A stretch of 64,000 nucleotides of DNA from Myxococcota bacterium (GTDB lineage Bacteria; Myxococcota; Myxococcia; Myxococcales; Myxococcaceae): NCBI GenBank assembly GCA_049322255.1, contig JBMORE010000022.1:124001-188000 (forward strand). Direction: 5' to 3'. This document shows, piece by piece, positions 7,896 through 16,266 of the stretch. A program made the translations under genes and the position numbers. The first letter of the stretch is position 1. Each line of letters starts with the position of its first letter. The notes beneath the pieces are model-generated. The model was not told the origin of the DNA and did not search any database. It saw only the letters and a program-made list of their open reading frames with translations.

Positions 7896-8927
7896 TTGCT
7901 CCTCATGCTTCTGACGTTGGTGCCCGCGCGCGCCGCCGCGCATGACGCCGACATTCTCTACGTGCGGGCCGAGCGCGCTTCCGGCTCGGGCGAGGTGCGG
8001 CAGTTGGCCACGCTGACGGCGGCGACGCTCGCTCTACTCGCCCCCGTCGATGCCGACGCCGATGGCCAGCTCACCCAAGCCGATCTCGACGCGAGGAAAG
8101 AGGCCATCGCCGCCGGGGTGTGGGCCTTCATGCCCCTGGAGGCCGGCGGCCAGCGTTGCACGCAGCAGGGACACCAAGCGCTCTTGCGTGAAACCTTCGT
8201 CGAGCTTGCCGCCACCTTCTCGTGCGCGCCCGGCGAGCTTCGCCAGACCTTCCGTGTGCTCTCGGTATTGCCTTCCAACTACAAGGTGGTGCTGGGCAGC
8301 CAGATCGACGGCGAACGAGGGCAGGCCTTCGCTCAGGGGCACCGCCAGACCCTCCTCATGGGTGAGGAGGCGCCGGCGACTCGTGGGCTCACCGGGTGGA
8401 TTCAATTGGGCGTCTTCCACATCTTCACCGGCATCGACCACCTCGCCTTCCTGCTCGCCCTGCTTTTGGTGGGAGGCACCTGGCGCCGCATGCTGTGGAT
8501 GGTGACGGCGTTCACCGCCGCCCACTCGTTGACCCTGGGGCTAGCGGGGCTGGAGCTCGTTCAGTTCTCCGCACGAGCGGAACGCTGGGTGGAGGCGGCC
8601 ATCGCCCTCTCGATCATCTGGGTGGCGGCGGAGAACCTCCTGTTGCGCCAGCACCGTCACCGCGCCGCGCTCACCTTCGCCTTCGGGTTGGTGCACGGGT
8701 TCGGCTTTGCCTCGGTGCTGCAAAGCTACGGGCTAAAGGACGAGGTGGTGACGGGGCTCTTCGGGTTCAACCTGGGCGTCGAGCTGGGGCAGGCGGTAGT
8801 GGTGGGGGCGCTCTTCCCTGCGGTGAAACTTTTGCAACGGCGCGGAACTGTCGGCACCTGGGCAATGCGCACCTGCTCGGGGCTGATCATCGTCGCGGGG
8901 GCAGTCTGGTTGGTTCAGCGCGTTTAG
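7896..8927 (+). CDS. HupE/UreJ family membrane protein with N-terminal exported domain
   Basis: Signal peptide ending AAAHD; GVFHIFTGIDHLAFL, TAFTAAHSLTL, EAAIALSI, FGLVHGFGFA, FNLGVELGQ. Confidence 0.88.
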   Translation: MLLMLLTLVPARAAAHDADILYVRAERASGSGEVRQLATLTAATLALLAPVDADADGQLTQADLDARKEAIAAGVWAFMPLEAGGQRCTQQGHQALLRETFVELAATFSCAPGELRQTFRVLSVLPSNYKVVLGSQIDGERGQAFAQGHRQTLLMGEEAPATRGLTGWIQLGVFHIFTGIDHLAFLLALLLVGGTWRRMLWMVTAFTAAHSLTLGLAGLELVQFSARAERWVEAAIALSIIWVAAENLLLRQHRHRAALTFAFGLVHGFGFASVLQSYGLKDEVVTGLFGFNLGVELGQAVVVGALFPAVKLLQRRGTVGTWAMRTCSGLIIVAGAVWLVQRV

Positions 8928-8994
8928 GTGGGCCGGTTGCGGGGCGTGGGCGACGGACCTAGCTTGCCGTGGCGCAAAAGGGGAACGGGCAAGG

Positions 8995-9453
8995 ATGGGC
9001 GCAAGGCACAGCCGGCTGGCCGCGGCCATGGCCGCCGCTTGGGAAGCGGAGGTGGTGTCGGCGCGCCGGCTCACCGCCTTCGCCGACCGGGTGGCCGACC
9101 CTTCCACCCGCGCACGGCTGCTCGTTTTGGCTGCGTTCTGCCGGGCGCACGCTTCGCGCGTCTTGGCGAGGCTGGCGGCGTTGGGGCGGGGACCTTTGCC
9201 GGTGCCTCCCGAGGAGGTCGTCGACGAGCGGGAAGACCTGCTCGCCGGGCTTCACAACGAGATCGCCAACGCACGGGCCGGTGCGCAGCGCTACCAGGCG
9301 ATGGCGGAGGTGGCACGCGCGCAGTCCGACTTGTCGTCGGCGTGGGTGTGCGAGCTCAACCGCTCCGAGGCCGAAGATCTGGCTGGCGAGCTCGGCCGGC
9401 TCCTCGAGCAGGGAGTCGCCGAAACGCTGCGCGACGACGCCGCCCGGCCCTGA
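8995..9453 (+). CDS. Hypothetical protein, possible ferritin-like four-helix bundle
   Basis: Helical pattern WEAE...FCRAHASR...LHNEIANA...YQAMAEVA...ELNRSEAED; coding-like frame between HupE and the next gene. Confidence 0.6.
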   Translation: MGARHSRLAAAMAAAWEAEVVSARRLTAFADRVADPSTRARLLVLAAFCRAHASRVLARLAALGRGPLPVPPEEVVDEREDLLAGLHNEIANARAGAQRYQAMAEVARAQSDLSSAWVCELNRSEAEDLAGELGRLLEQGVAETLRDDAARP

Positions 9454-9470
9454 TAGAACCCGGGGCCGTC

Positions 9471-10247
9471 ATGGCCAAGGCGGAGACCTACGACGAGCTC
9501 ATCTACCAGCTGGGCGATCTCGCCCGCGAACGCCTCGTCAACAAACCCAACCCGCCCCGCTCGATGGACCGGGTCTTACGCGCGGAGGACACGCTGGTGC
9601 AGCGACGCGACGAGCTGGAAGATCTCGAGACCCAGATGAACGGGGAGGACGTCGCCTATCGCGATTACCTGGTGCAGCAAGAGGCCGAGCGCACCGAGCA
9701 GCAAGAGATCGTGAAGAAGTGGAAGAAGGCGGTCGACGCCGTCGCGGGGCGAGCGAAGGAGATTCGCAAGAGCCTCTCCGGCAAGAAGGCGGCGCAGCGC
9801 TACGAGCAGATGGCACTGAAGAAAGCCGAAGAGCGACACAAGGACCTCGAGGTCACCGCGCAGCACGACGAGGCGAAGGTCAACGAGTCGCGGGAAAACT
9901 TGAAAAAGCTTCGGCTCATGCAGATGCGCAAGCAGCGGGAGATCGAAGAGATCGAGGCCCAGCTCGACCAGGCGCTCACTCCCCGACCCGGCCAGCCGGG
10001 TGCCCAGGGCGTGTTGGCCTACAAGCGCCTTTTGGAGATGGACGACGAAGCCGAGGCGCGCAAGCACGAGCACGAGCAATTGATGGCCGAGCTCGACGAG
10101 GCGATTGCCGCCAAGGAAGAGGAAGTTGCCGCCGCCGAGGACTACCTCGAGCAGGCGCTGTTTCTATTGGGAGAAGAGTGCTACCAGCAGCGCGTGGCCG
10201 ATCCGGCGCTGGCAGCGTTCTACCCGCGGCTGGACAAGGTGAATTAG
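9471..10247 (+). CDS. Hypothetical coiled-coil protein
   Basis: E/K/Q-rich heptad-like sequence with strong GC3 bias; ATG 17 nt after the previous stop. Confidence 0.8.
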   Translation: MAKAETYDELIYQLGDLARERLVNKPNPPRSMDRVLRAEDTLVQRRDELEDLETQMNGEDVAYRDYLVQQEAERTEQQEIVKKWKKAVDAVAGRAKEIRKSLSGKKAAQRYEQMALKKAEERHKDLEVTAQHDEAKVNESRENLKKLRLMQMRKQREIEEIEAQLDQALTPRPGQPGAQGVLAYKRLLEMDDEAEARKHEHEQLMAELDEAIAAKEEEVAAAEDYLEQALFLLGEECYQQRVADPALAAFYPRLDKVN

Positions 10248-10256
10248 CTCCGCCCC

Positions 10257-10286
10257 TTGCTCAAAGGACGGTCTCCCCGGTAAGGT
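10257..10286 (+). promoter_or_regulatory. Candidate sigma-70 promoter for rplC
   Basis: TTGCTC-N18-TAAGGT in the intergenic region, followed by a hairpin-forming leader and an AAGGA RBS. Confidence 0.45.
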
Positions 10287-10372
10287 GCGCCGCTTTTTTG
10301 AAGGGCAGCGCCGCACCTCCAAAGACGAAGCCACGTCTTGTGTGCGAGAGAAAACGGAAAGGAAGCAGTGAC

Positions 10373-11044
10373 ATGGCTCAAGGAGTGATTGGCAAGAAGG
10401 TAGGAATGACCCAGGTGTTCACCGACGAGGGCAACCTCGTGCCGGTGACGGTCATCGACGTCTCCTCGTGCGTGGTGGTGGGCAAACGCACCCCCGAGAA
10501 GGACAAGTACTCGGCGCTGGTGCTGGGCTTTGGCGAGGTGAAGGAGAAGCACCTCACCCGCGCGCAGAACAACGCGTTCAAGAAGGCCAACGCCAAGCCC
10601 CGCCGCGTGCTGCGCGAGTTCCGCGTCAGCGCCGACGAGGCCGCTAAGTTCAACGTGGGCGACGAGGTGAAGGCCGACCTGTTTCAAAAGGGCCAGCTGG
10701 TCGACGTGACCGGCACCACCAAGGGCCGCGGCTTTTCCGGGGTGATGCGGCGCTGGAGCTTCAAGGGCAGCCAGACCAAGACCCACGGCACCCACGAGTA
10801 CCAGCGGCACCCGGGCGCCATCGGTCAGCGCAAGACGCCCGGCCGCGTGTACCCCAACAAGAAGATGCCGGGGCACTACGGGGTCGAAAAAGTCACCACC
10901 CAGAACCTCTCGGTGGTCGACGTGGTGGCGGACAAGGGGCTCATTCTGCTCAAGGGCGCCATTCCGGGTCACAACGAGGGCCTTGTCTTTTTGCAGCCGT
11001 CGGTGAAGGCCGCCATTCGCGCCTCGCACCAGCAGAAGAAGTAG
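10373..11044 (+). CDS. rplC: 50S ribosomal protein L3
   Basis: GVIGKKVGMTQVF...VPVTVI, VDVTGTTKGRGFSGVMRRW, RHPGAIGQRKTPGRVYPNKKMPGHYG, LLKGAIPG. Confidence 0.97.
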   Translation: MAQGVIGKKVGMTQVFTDEGNLVPVTVIDVSSCVVVGKRTPEKDKYSALVLGFGEVKEKHLTRAQNNAFKKANAKPRRVLREFRVSADEAAKFNVGDEVKADLFQKGQLVDVTGTTKGRGFSGVMRRWSFKGSQTKTHGTHEYQRHPGAIGQRKTPGRVYPNKKMPGHYGVEKVTTQNLSVVDVVADKGLILLKGAIPGHNEGLVFLQPSVKAAIRASHQQKK

Positions 11045-11069
11045 AGCGTTTCTTCGCCAAGGAGGAGCC

Positions 11070-12863
11070 TTGTCCTCATCGCTCAGATGGGCGACGGTGC
11101 TGGCCGTGGCCGCCTTGGGCTGCGGGCCGTCGAAGCCGCCGGCCAAGGGCATCGGCGAGCCGTGTGCTCCGGTCGCGGCCGACGAGACCTCCGCCGAGTG
11201 CGCCGACGGCCTGTGCGTGGCCCTCGACTCGGCGTCGGGCTTTTGCACCTTACGCTGTACCGACAACGAGAGCTGTCCTTCCGACTTCCTCTGCCAGGCG
11301 GCGGGCCGCTTCGGAAAAGTTTGCCGCAAGCTGACCGGGTGCAAGACCGATGGGGACTGCCCGGCGGGTCACTCCTGCAACCCCGACACCGCCAACTGCT
11401 ACATCAAGGTGTCGCGCACCCTGTGCTCGCCCTGCCAAGACGTGGCCCAGTGTCCCGCGGGCGGAGCGTGCTTCACCGCCGTCGGCAGCCTCGAGCAATT
11501 CTGCACCGCGCCCTGTGACGCCTCCGGCGGCTGCCCGTTGGGCTTTTCCTGCCAGGACATTCCGGCGGGGGAGGGCGGGGCGCTCCTTCGGCAGTGCGTG
11601 CCCACCACCCAGAGCTGCAACTTCGGCAAGAGTCTGTGCGCGCCGTGCGCCGGCGACGCCGAATGTGGCGGGCCCTTCGACCTGTGCGTGCGTAACGTCG
11701 TCTCGGGAGAGACGTTCTGCGGCCGCGACTGCAACCCCAAGAAGAACGTCTGCCCGGTGGAAGGGTGCGTGCCCGAAGAGCTCGACTCGGCGGAGAACCC
11801 CGAGTGCCCCGGCGGCTTTTCCTGCACCAACATCGGCAAGAGCGACGACCCCAACGTCGTAGGGCCGCACCAGTGCGTGCCCAACTCGAATACCTGCCAG
11901 GGGTGGTGCGACGCCGCCGATGAGCCCGGGCAGCTTCGTCAATGCGGCCTGGGGCAGGAGTGCCACCTGGCCTCCAACAGCTGCCGTCCGGCGGTGGATG
12001 GCCGCATGTGTGCGCCCTGCATCGACAACGACGACTGCCGCAAGGGCAGCCACCCCGAGAACCGCTGCATCGTCAACGAGTGCCCCGACTGTCCCTTCAA
12101 AGGTGAGGCTTTCTGCGCCACCCAGTGTGCCGACGATGCCGCCTGCCAAAGGAGCTTCGGGCCTGGTTTCGTGTGCCGGCCGGTGACAGCTCCCTCCGGG
12201 GCAACCGCCACCTACTGCATGCCTCAGCGGGGCACCTGCCAGGCCGGTCTGGGGCGGTTGGGCGACGATTGCTCGGTGAACGGCGCCGCCGACTGCGTGG
12301 CCGGCGTCTGTTTGGTGGCGGGGCGCTCCTCGCTGTGCTCCCTGGTGTGCAGCCAGGACGCCGACTGCGGCGACACCCGCTACCGCTGCTGCGAGTACAC
12401 CGCTGATGGGTACGACTGCTCGGAGGACAAGCGCAGCCCCGACGGCCCTCTGAGCGGCGCCGGGGTGTGTGCGCCGCTGGGAGGCCTCTTCGGCGACGAC
12501 TGCACCCCGGGCCGCCCGCCCTGCCAGACGGGCACGTGTTTGGATTTGGGCACTGCCCGCGTGTGCACCCTCCCGTGCGCCCAGGGGTGTCCCGCGGGGT
12601 TTGCTTGCCGCGCGGCTCAGCTGGCCGGGGCCAGCGGCACCTTCGAGGTCTGTTTCCCCGAAGGGGGTGGCCAAGTCGGAGCCGACTGCACCTTCGGCCC
12701 CGCCGCCTGCGAGAGCGGGCTGTGTATTCGCAAGGACTCGGGGCCGATCTGTACCTCCTCGTGCGTCGACGACAGCGCCTGCCCGGAGGAGTGGCGCTGC
12801 GAGAGCGTGCGCGCGGTCGACGACACGGCGGTGCAGGCCTGCATCCCCCCGGCGCTGCAGTGA
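11070..12863 (+). CDS. Cysteine-rich repeat lipoprotein
   Basis: AAGGAGGAG RBS, lipobox AALG-C, 77 Cys in 597 aa (manual count) arranged in repeated modules of about 8 Cys. Confidence 0.85.
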   Translation: MSSSLRWATVLAVAALGCGPSKPPAKGIGEPCAPVAADETSAECADGLCVALDSASGFCTLRCTDNESCPSDFLCQAAGRFGKVCRKLTGCKTDGDCPAGHSCNPDTANCYIKVSRTLCSPCQDVAQCPAGGACFTAVGSLEQFCTAPCDASGGCPLGFSCQDIPAGEGGALLRQCVPTTQSCNFGKSLCAPCAGDAECGGPFDLCVRNVVSGETFCGRDCNPKKNVCPVEGCVPEELDSAENPECPGGFSCTNIGKSDDPNVVGPHQCVPNSNTCQGWCDAADEPGQLRQCGLGQECHLASNSCRPAVDGRMCAPCIDNDDCRKGSHPENRCIVNECPDCPFKGEAFCATQCADDAACQRSFGPGFVCRPVTAPSGATATYCMPQRGTCQAGLGRLGDDCSVNGAADCVAGVCLVAGRSSLCSLVCSQDADCGDTRYRCCEYTADGYDCSEDKRSPDGPLSGAGVCAPLGGLFGDDCTPGRPPCQTGTCLDLGTARVCTLPCAQGCPAGFACRAAQLAGASGTFEVCFPEGGGQVGADCTFGPAACESGLCIRKDSGPICTSSCVDDSACPEEWRCESVRAVDDTAVQACIPPALQ

Positions 12864-12947
12864 TGGGCGATGGTCGCCGGCTGGCGGGGACCCTTTTCGA
12901 CGCAGAAAGCCTGTGCTAGCAAGTCGCCCCTTCTTGAGCGCTCTTCC

Positions 12948-14387
12948 ATGACCAACTGGCTGCGTATTGGAGTGGGGCTGTGCATCGTGGCGGCGGGAAG
13001 CGCCTGCGACGATCGCAGCAACCGCACCCGCCGGGTGCTCGAGCCCTACGCCGTCGTCCCTGGCACGCCCCAGGTGGACAATGGCACTCCCAAGGTGCTC
13101 GAAGACCCCACCCGCGAGACCGACGACTTCGCGATCAACACCCCGCGCCAGTGCGACTTCTTTCAGCAGCTCTCGGTGCGCAAAGTAGACATCTTATGGG
13201 TGGTGGACTCGTCGGGGTCGATGGCGCCCAAGCAGCAGCGGCTGGCCGCCAACTTCGCCGGCTTCATTCAGCAGCTGGTCGCCGCGCAGCCGCCCATCGA
13301 CTTTCACATCGCGATGACCACCACCGACACCGACGACGAGACGCTGCGGGGCAAGCTGCTCACCTGGGCGGTGGGCCCCAAGTCGGGCAACTTCATCGCT
13401 TGCAGTCCCAATGCAACGGGGGGCTCGAGCTGCAACACCCACCCCACCGGCGGAGTGGGCACCACCGAAGCGGTCACCGCCTTCAACGACCTGGTGAGCA
13501 AGGTGGGCACCAGCGGCAGCCCGGTGGAGCGCGGCCTGTTGGCGTCGTACCTGGCGCTGACCAACCCCGCCAACGTCACCACGGCGACCGAGGCGCGCTT
13601 CGTGCGGCCCGACGCGGCGCTGTACGTGGTGTTCGTCTCCGACGAGGACGACGCCTCCTGTAACCCGCTGGTGCGCCAGCCGATCTGCACCGCCGACCCC
13701 GGCTGCCGCTGCGCCTCCGACCAGTTCCTCGCCGGCACCGGAGCCTACGGCCCCACCGACTACTTCACCCGCTTCTTCGAGACCTACAAAGGGTACGGCA
13801 ACCACGAGCTGGTGACGGTGGCGGCGATCGTCGCGGTCAATGGCGAAGCCGACGCCGGCGTGCCCTCACAGTTTGGCGACCCCAACCCGCACGTGGGCTG
13901 CCAGCGCACCTCGGGCACCGGAAGCCCCGAGGTCGCCTACTTCGGCGGCCGCTATGTGAAGGTGGCCTCGGATACCGGTGGAGTGGCGGTGTCGATCTGT
14001 GACAGCGACTTTTCCGGCTCGCTCGCCGCGCTGGGCTACGCCGCCTCCGGCCTGCGTCGCGAGTTCCGCCTCTCGCGCGGGCCCGACCTCAAAGTCTCCG
14101 CGGGAGTCGCCGCCGGCGTCGAGCTGTACGTTTCGCCGCCCAATGCCGCCAACTGTCAGGTCGACGGCAATTGCCCGGTGGCTGGCCAGGTGTGCCGCAG
14201 CAACCGCTGCGCGCGGCGGGTGACGGTGAACACCGCGCCCACCTCCAACGGAGCGCAGTACGCCAAGTGCGACGCTTCGGTCTTCAGGAATGTCGTCCGG
14301 TTCGACGGAACCGCCGTGCCCGAGTCCTTGAGCGCGGTGGAGATCTGCTACGAAGTCCGCTCCGATTTTGCTTCCACCTGTCCTTGA
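12948..14387 (+). CDS. VWA-domain lipoprotein with Cys-rich segments
   Basis: Lipobox-like AGSA-C; KVDILWVVDSSGSM (MIDAS DxSxS), FHIAMTTTD, LYVVFVSDEDD, GGVAVSICDSDF. Confidence 0.85.
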   Translation: MTNWLRIGVGLCIVAAGSACDDRSNRTRRVLEPYAVVPGTPQVDNGTPKVLEDPTRETDDFAINTPRQCDFFQQLSVRKVDILWVVDSSGSMAPKQQRLAANFAGFIQQLVAAQPPIDFHIAMTTTDTDDETLRGKLLTWAVGPKSGNFIACSPNATGGSSCNTHPTGGVGTTEAVTAFNDLVSKVGTSGSPVERGLLASYLALTNPANVTTATEARFVRPDAALYVVFVSDEDDASCNPLVRQPICTADPGCRCASDQFLAGTGAYGPTDYFTRFFETYKGYGNHELVTVAAIVAVNGEADAGVPSQFGDPNPHVGCQRTSGTGSPEVAYFGGRYVKVASDTGGVAVSICDSDFSGSLAALGYAASGLRREFRLSRGPDLKVSAGVAAGVELYVSPPNAANCQVDGNCPVAGQVCRSNRCARRVTVNTAPTSNGAQYAKCDASVFRNVVRFDGTAVPESLSAVEICYEVRSDFASTCP

Positions 14388-14395
14388 ACGAGCCC

Positions 14396-15157
14396 ATGAA
14401 CGTCCCAAACTTGCGCGCCCTGTTTACCCTCGCCCTGGTGCTGGCCACTCCGGCGGCCTTTGGTGATGAGCTGATCGAGAAAGTGGTGGTGCGTAACCGC
14501 CTGCACAATTTGAGCGGGCGCTTCGAGCTCGGGGCCGGGGCGGGGTTCACCCTCTTGTCGCGGCTGACGGATCACATCAACCTCACCGCGCACCTGGCGT
14601 ACAACACCTCCGACTGGTTCGCCTTCGAGCTGCGCGGAGGCTACGCGCTCACCCGCCACACCGGCCTGGCCAACCAGATCGCCGAGGAGTTCGCCCGCAA
14701 CAGCTCGGTGCAGACGGCGACCGACCTCTCCGACCTGTGGGAGCTGCAAGCCAACGTCGCTCTCGGGGCGCGCTGGGCGCCCATCTACGGAAAAATCTCC
14801 TTGATGGCCGAGGTGCCGGTGCACTTCCAAGCCTACGTTTGGCTGGGGGCGGGCGGGGGCACCTTCCGGCGCGAGTCATTGGTGTACTGCCAGCAAGGCA
14901 CCACGACGTCGTGTGACGTGTTCCGCACCGATGAGAAGGTCGGTCCTTTTGGGGCGGGGGCGATCGGCTTTCGCTTCTTCGTCAACCAGAAGCACTCGCT
15001 GAAGCTCGAGGTGCGCGACTACTCCTTCCCCGATTCGTACCTCGAGGACATCAACCGCGCCGACGCACGCGCGGGCCGTGATACCGGCACCTCAGCGGCC
15101 AACCCAGGCCTCACCAACCTGGTGCAGTTCGACCTCGGCTACGCCTTCCTCTTCTAG
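14396..15157 (+). CDS. nfsA: Outer-membrane beta-barrel protein, GltA/NfsA family
   Basis: Signal peptide; VVRNRL..LSGRFEL, WAPIYGKISL, LKLEVRDY; C-terminal GYAFLF barrel signal; first gene of the A-H block. Confidence 0.75.
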   Translation: MNVPNLRALFTLALVLATPAAFGDELIEKVVVRNRLHNLSGRFELGAGAGFTLLSRLTDHINLTAHLAYNTSDWFAFELRGGYALTRHTGLANQIAEEFARNSSVQTATDLSDLWELQANVALGARWAPIYGKISLMAEVPVHFQAYVWLGAGGGTFRRESLVYCQQGTTTSCDVFRTDEKVGPFGAGAIGFRFFVNQKHSLKLEVRDYSFPDSYLEDINRADARAGRDTGTSAANPGLTNLVQFDLGYAFLF

Positions 15158-15164
15158 AGCTCCC

Positions 15165-16247
15165 ATGAAACTGATCCTCGTCATCGCGCTTCTTGCCTCT
15201 CCGGTTGCTGTTGCTGCTCCGTCGCTTCCGCCGTCGGCACTCTTGACCGAGCTCGTGCTCGCCCAGGGCGCCGCCTCCGACGAGGACGAAGACGAGGAGG
15301 AAGAGGAGTCGACCTCCACGGGAGTGGTTTCGCCTCCGCCGGGAGGGGCCGAGAGCAAACCGACGGAGGCGAAGCCCCCCGAAGCCGTCGCTCCGGTGGC
15401 TCCGGCTGCTCCCACAGAGACCCAGAAGTTGGTGTCGGGTGCGCCGCTGTTCAATCCGAACGTGGCGGTGCACATCGTGGAGAAGAAGCAGTTCTCCGAC
15501 CGGAACAAGCGGGAGGTCGTTCTCTACCCGGCGGCAGCGCAGGTGAACGGGAAGTTCACCCAGCACTACGGCACCGCGGCGACCGGGGTGTACCACCTGC
15601 ACGAGAACTTCGGCTTCCAGGTGACCGGCCAGTACAACTGGTACGCCTCGGAGTCGGCCTTCAACGCCGAGCTGATCGAGAAGGTTCGCCAGGAGGCGCA
15701 GGCGGCGACCTCGCTCCTCTTGGTGTGGGGGGCGCAGGCTGGGGTGGAGGTGACGCCGCTGTACGCCAAGTTCGCTTACTACGAAGACCGGCTGGCGCAC
15801 TTCTCGCTGGTCATCAACGGCGGAGCGGGCATCGGCTCCACGCGGCACCAGCTCAAGCCAGCCAACCAAGCAGGTCCGGCGACCTTTGGGGAAACCGGTT
15901 TGAAGTACATGGGCTCCTTGGGCGCCGGCTTCCGGCTGCAGCTGGGCAGTCGGTTCGCGCTGCGCCTGGAGGTGCGTGACCTGGTGTACACCGCGCGCGT
16001 CGATTCGGTGAACGGCTGCGTCCGGGAGGACCTGGAGGCGATGGATCGAGTGCTGCGCGCCGGTCAGAGCGTGAGGTCGGCGTCGGTGTCACCCGCCTGT
16101 CGCGTCGACACCTTCGACGGTGTGGACGAAAACACGGGGCAGAACCGCAGCAACGACGTCCCCTTGGCGTTCAACCTGGTGCGAACGCCGTCGTCCGATG
16201 TGCTCAACAACGTCGGCTTCTATGCCGGCTTCGCCTTCCTCTTCTAG
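15165..16247 (+). CDS. nfsB: Outer-membrane beta-barrel protein, GltB/NfsB family
   Basis: Signal peptide, acidic and Pro-rich linker, VEVTPLYAKFA, LRLEVRDLVY, C-terminal GFAFLF. Confidence 0.75.
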   Translation: MKLILVIALLASPVAVAAPSLPPSALLTELVLAQGAASDEDEDEEEEESTSTGVVSPPPGGAESKPTEAKPPEAVAPVAPAAPTETQKLVSGAPLFNPNVAVHIVEKKQFSDRNKREVVLYPAAAQVNGKFTQHYGTAATGVYHLHENFGFQVTGQYNWYASESAFNAELIEKVRQEAQAATSLLLVWGAQAGVEVTPLYAKFAYYEDRLAHFSLVINGGAGIGSTRHQLKPANQAGPATFGETGLKYMGSLGAGFRLQLGSRFALRLEVRDLVYTARVDSVNGCVREDLEAMDRVLRAGQSVRSASVSPACRVDTFDGVDENTGQNRSNDVPLAFNLVRTPSSDVLNNVGFYAGFAFLF

Positions 16248-16266
16248 CGAGAGACACCCAAACACC

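Noticed and set aside
8969..10372. Long N-terminal extension of rplC in the 691-aa ORF
   Set aside because: Overlaps two better genes in other frames. L3 homology and the RBS begin at 10373.
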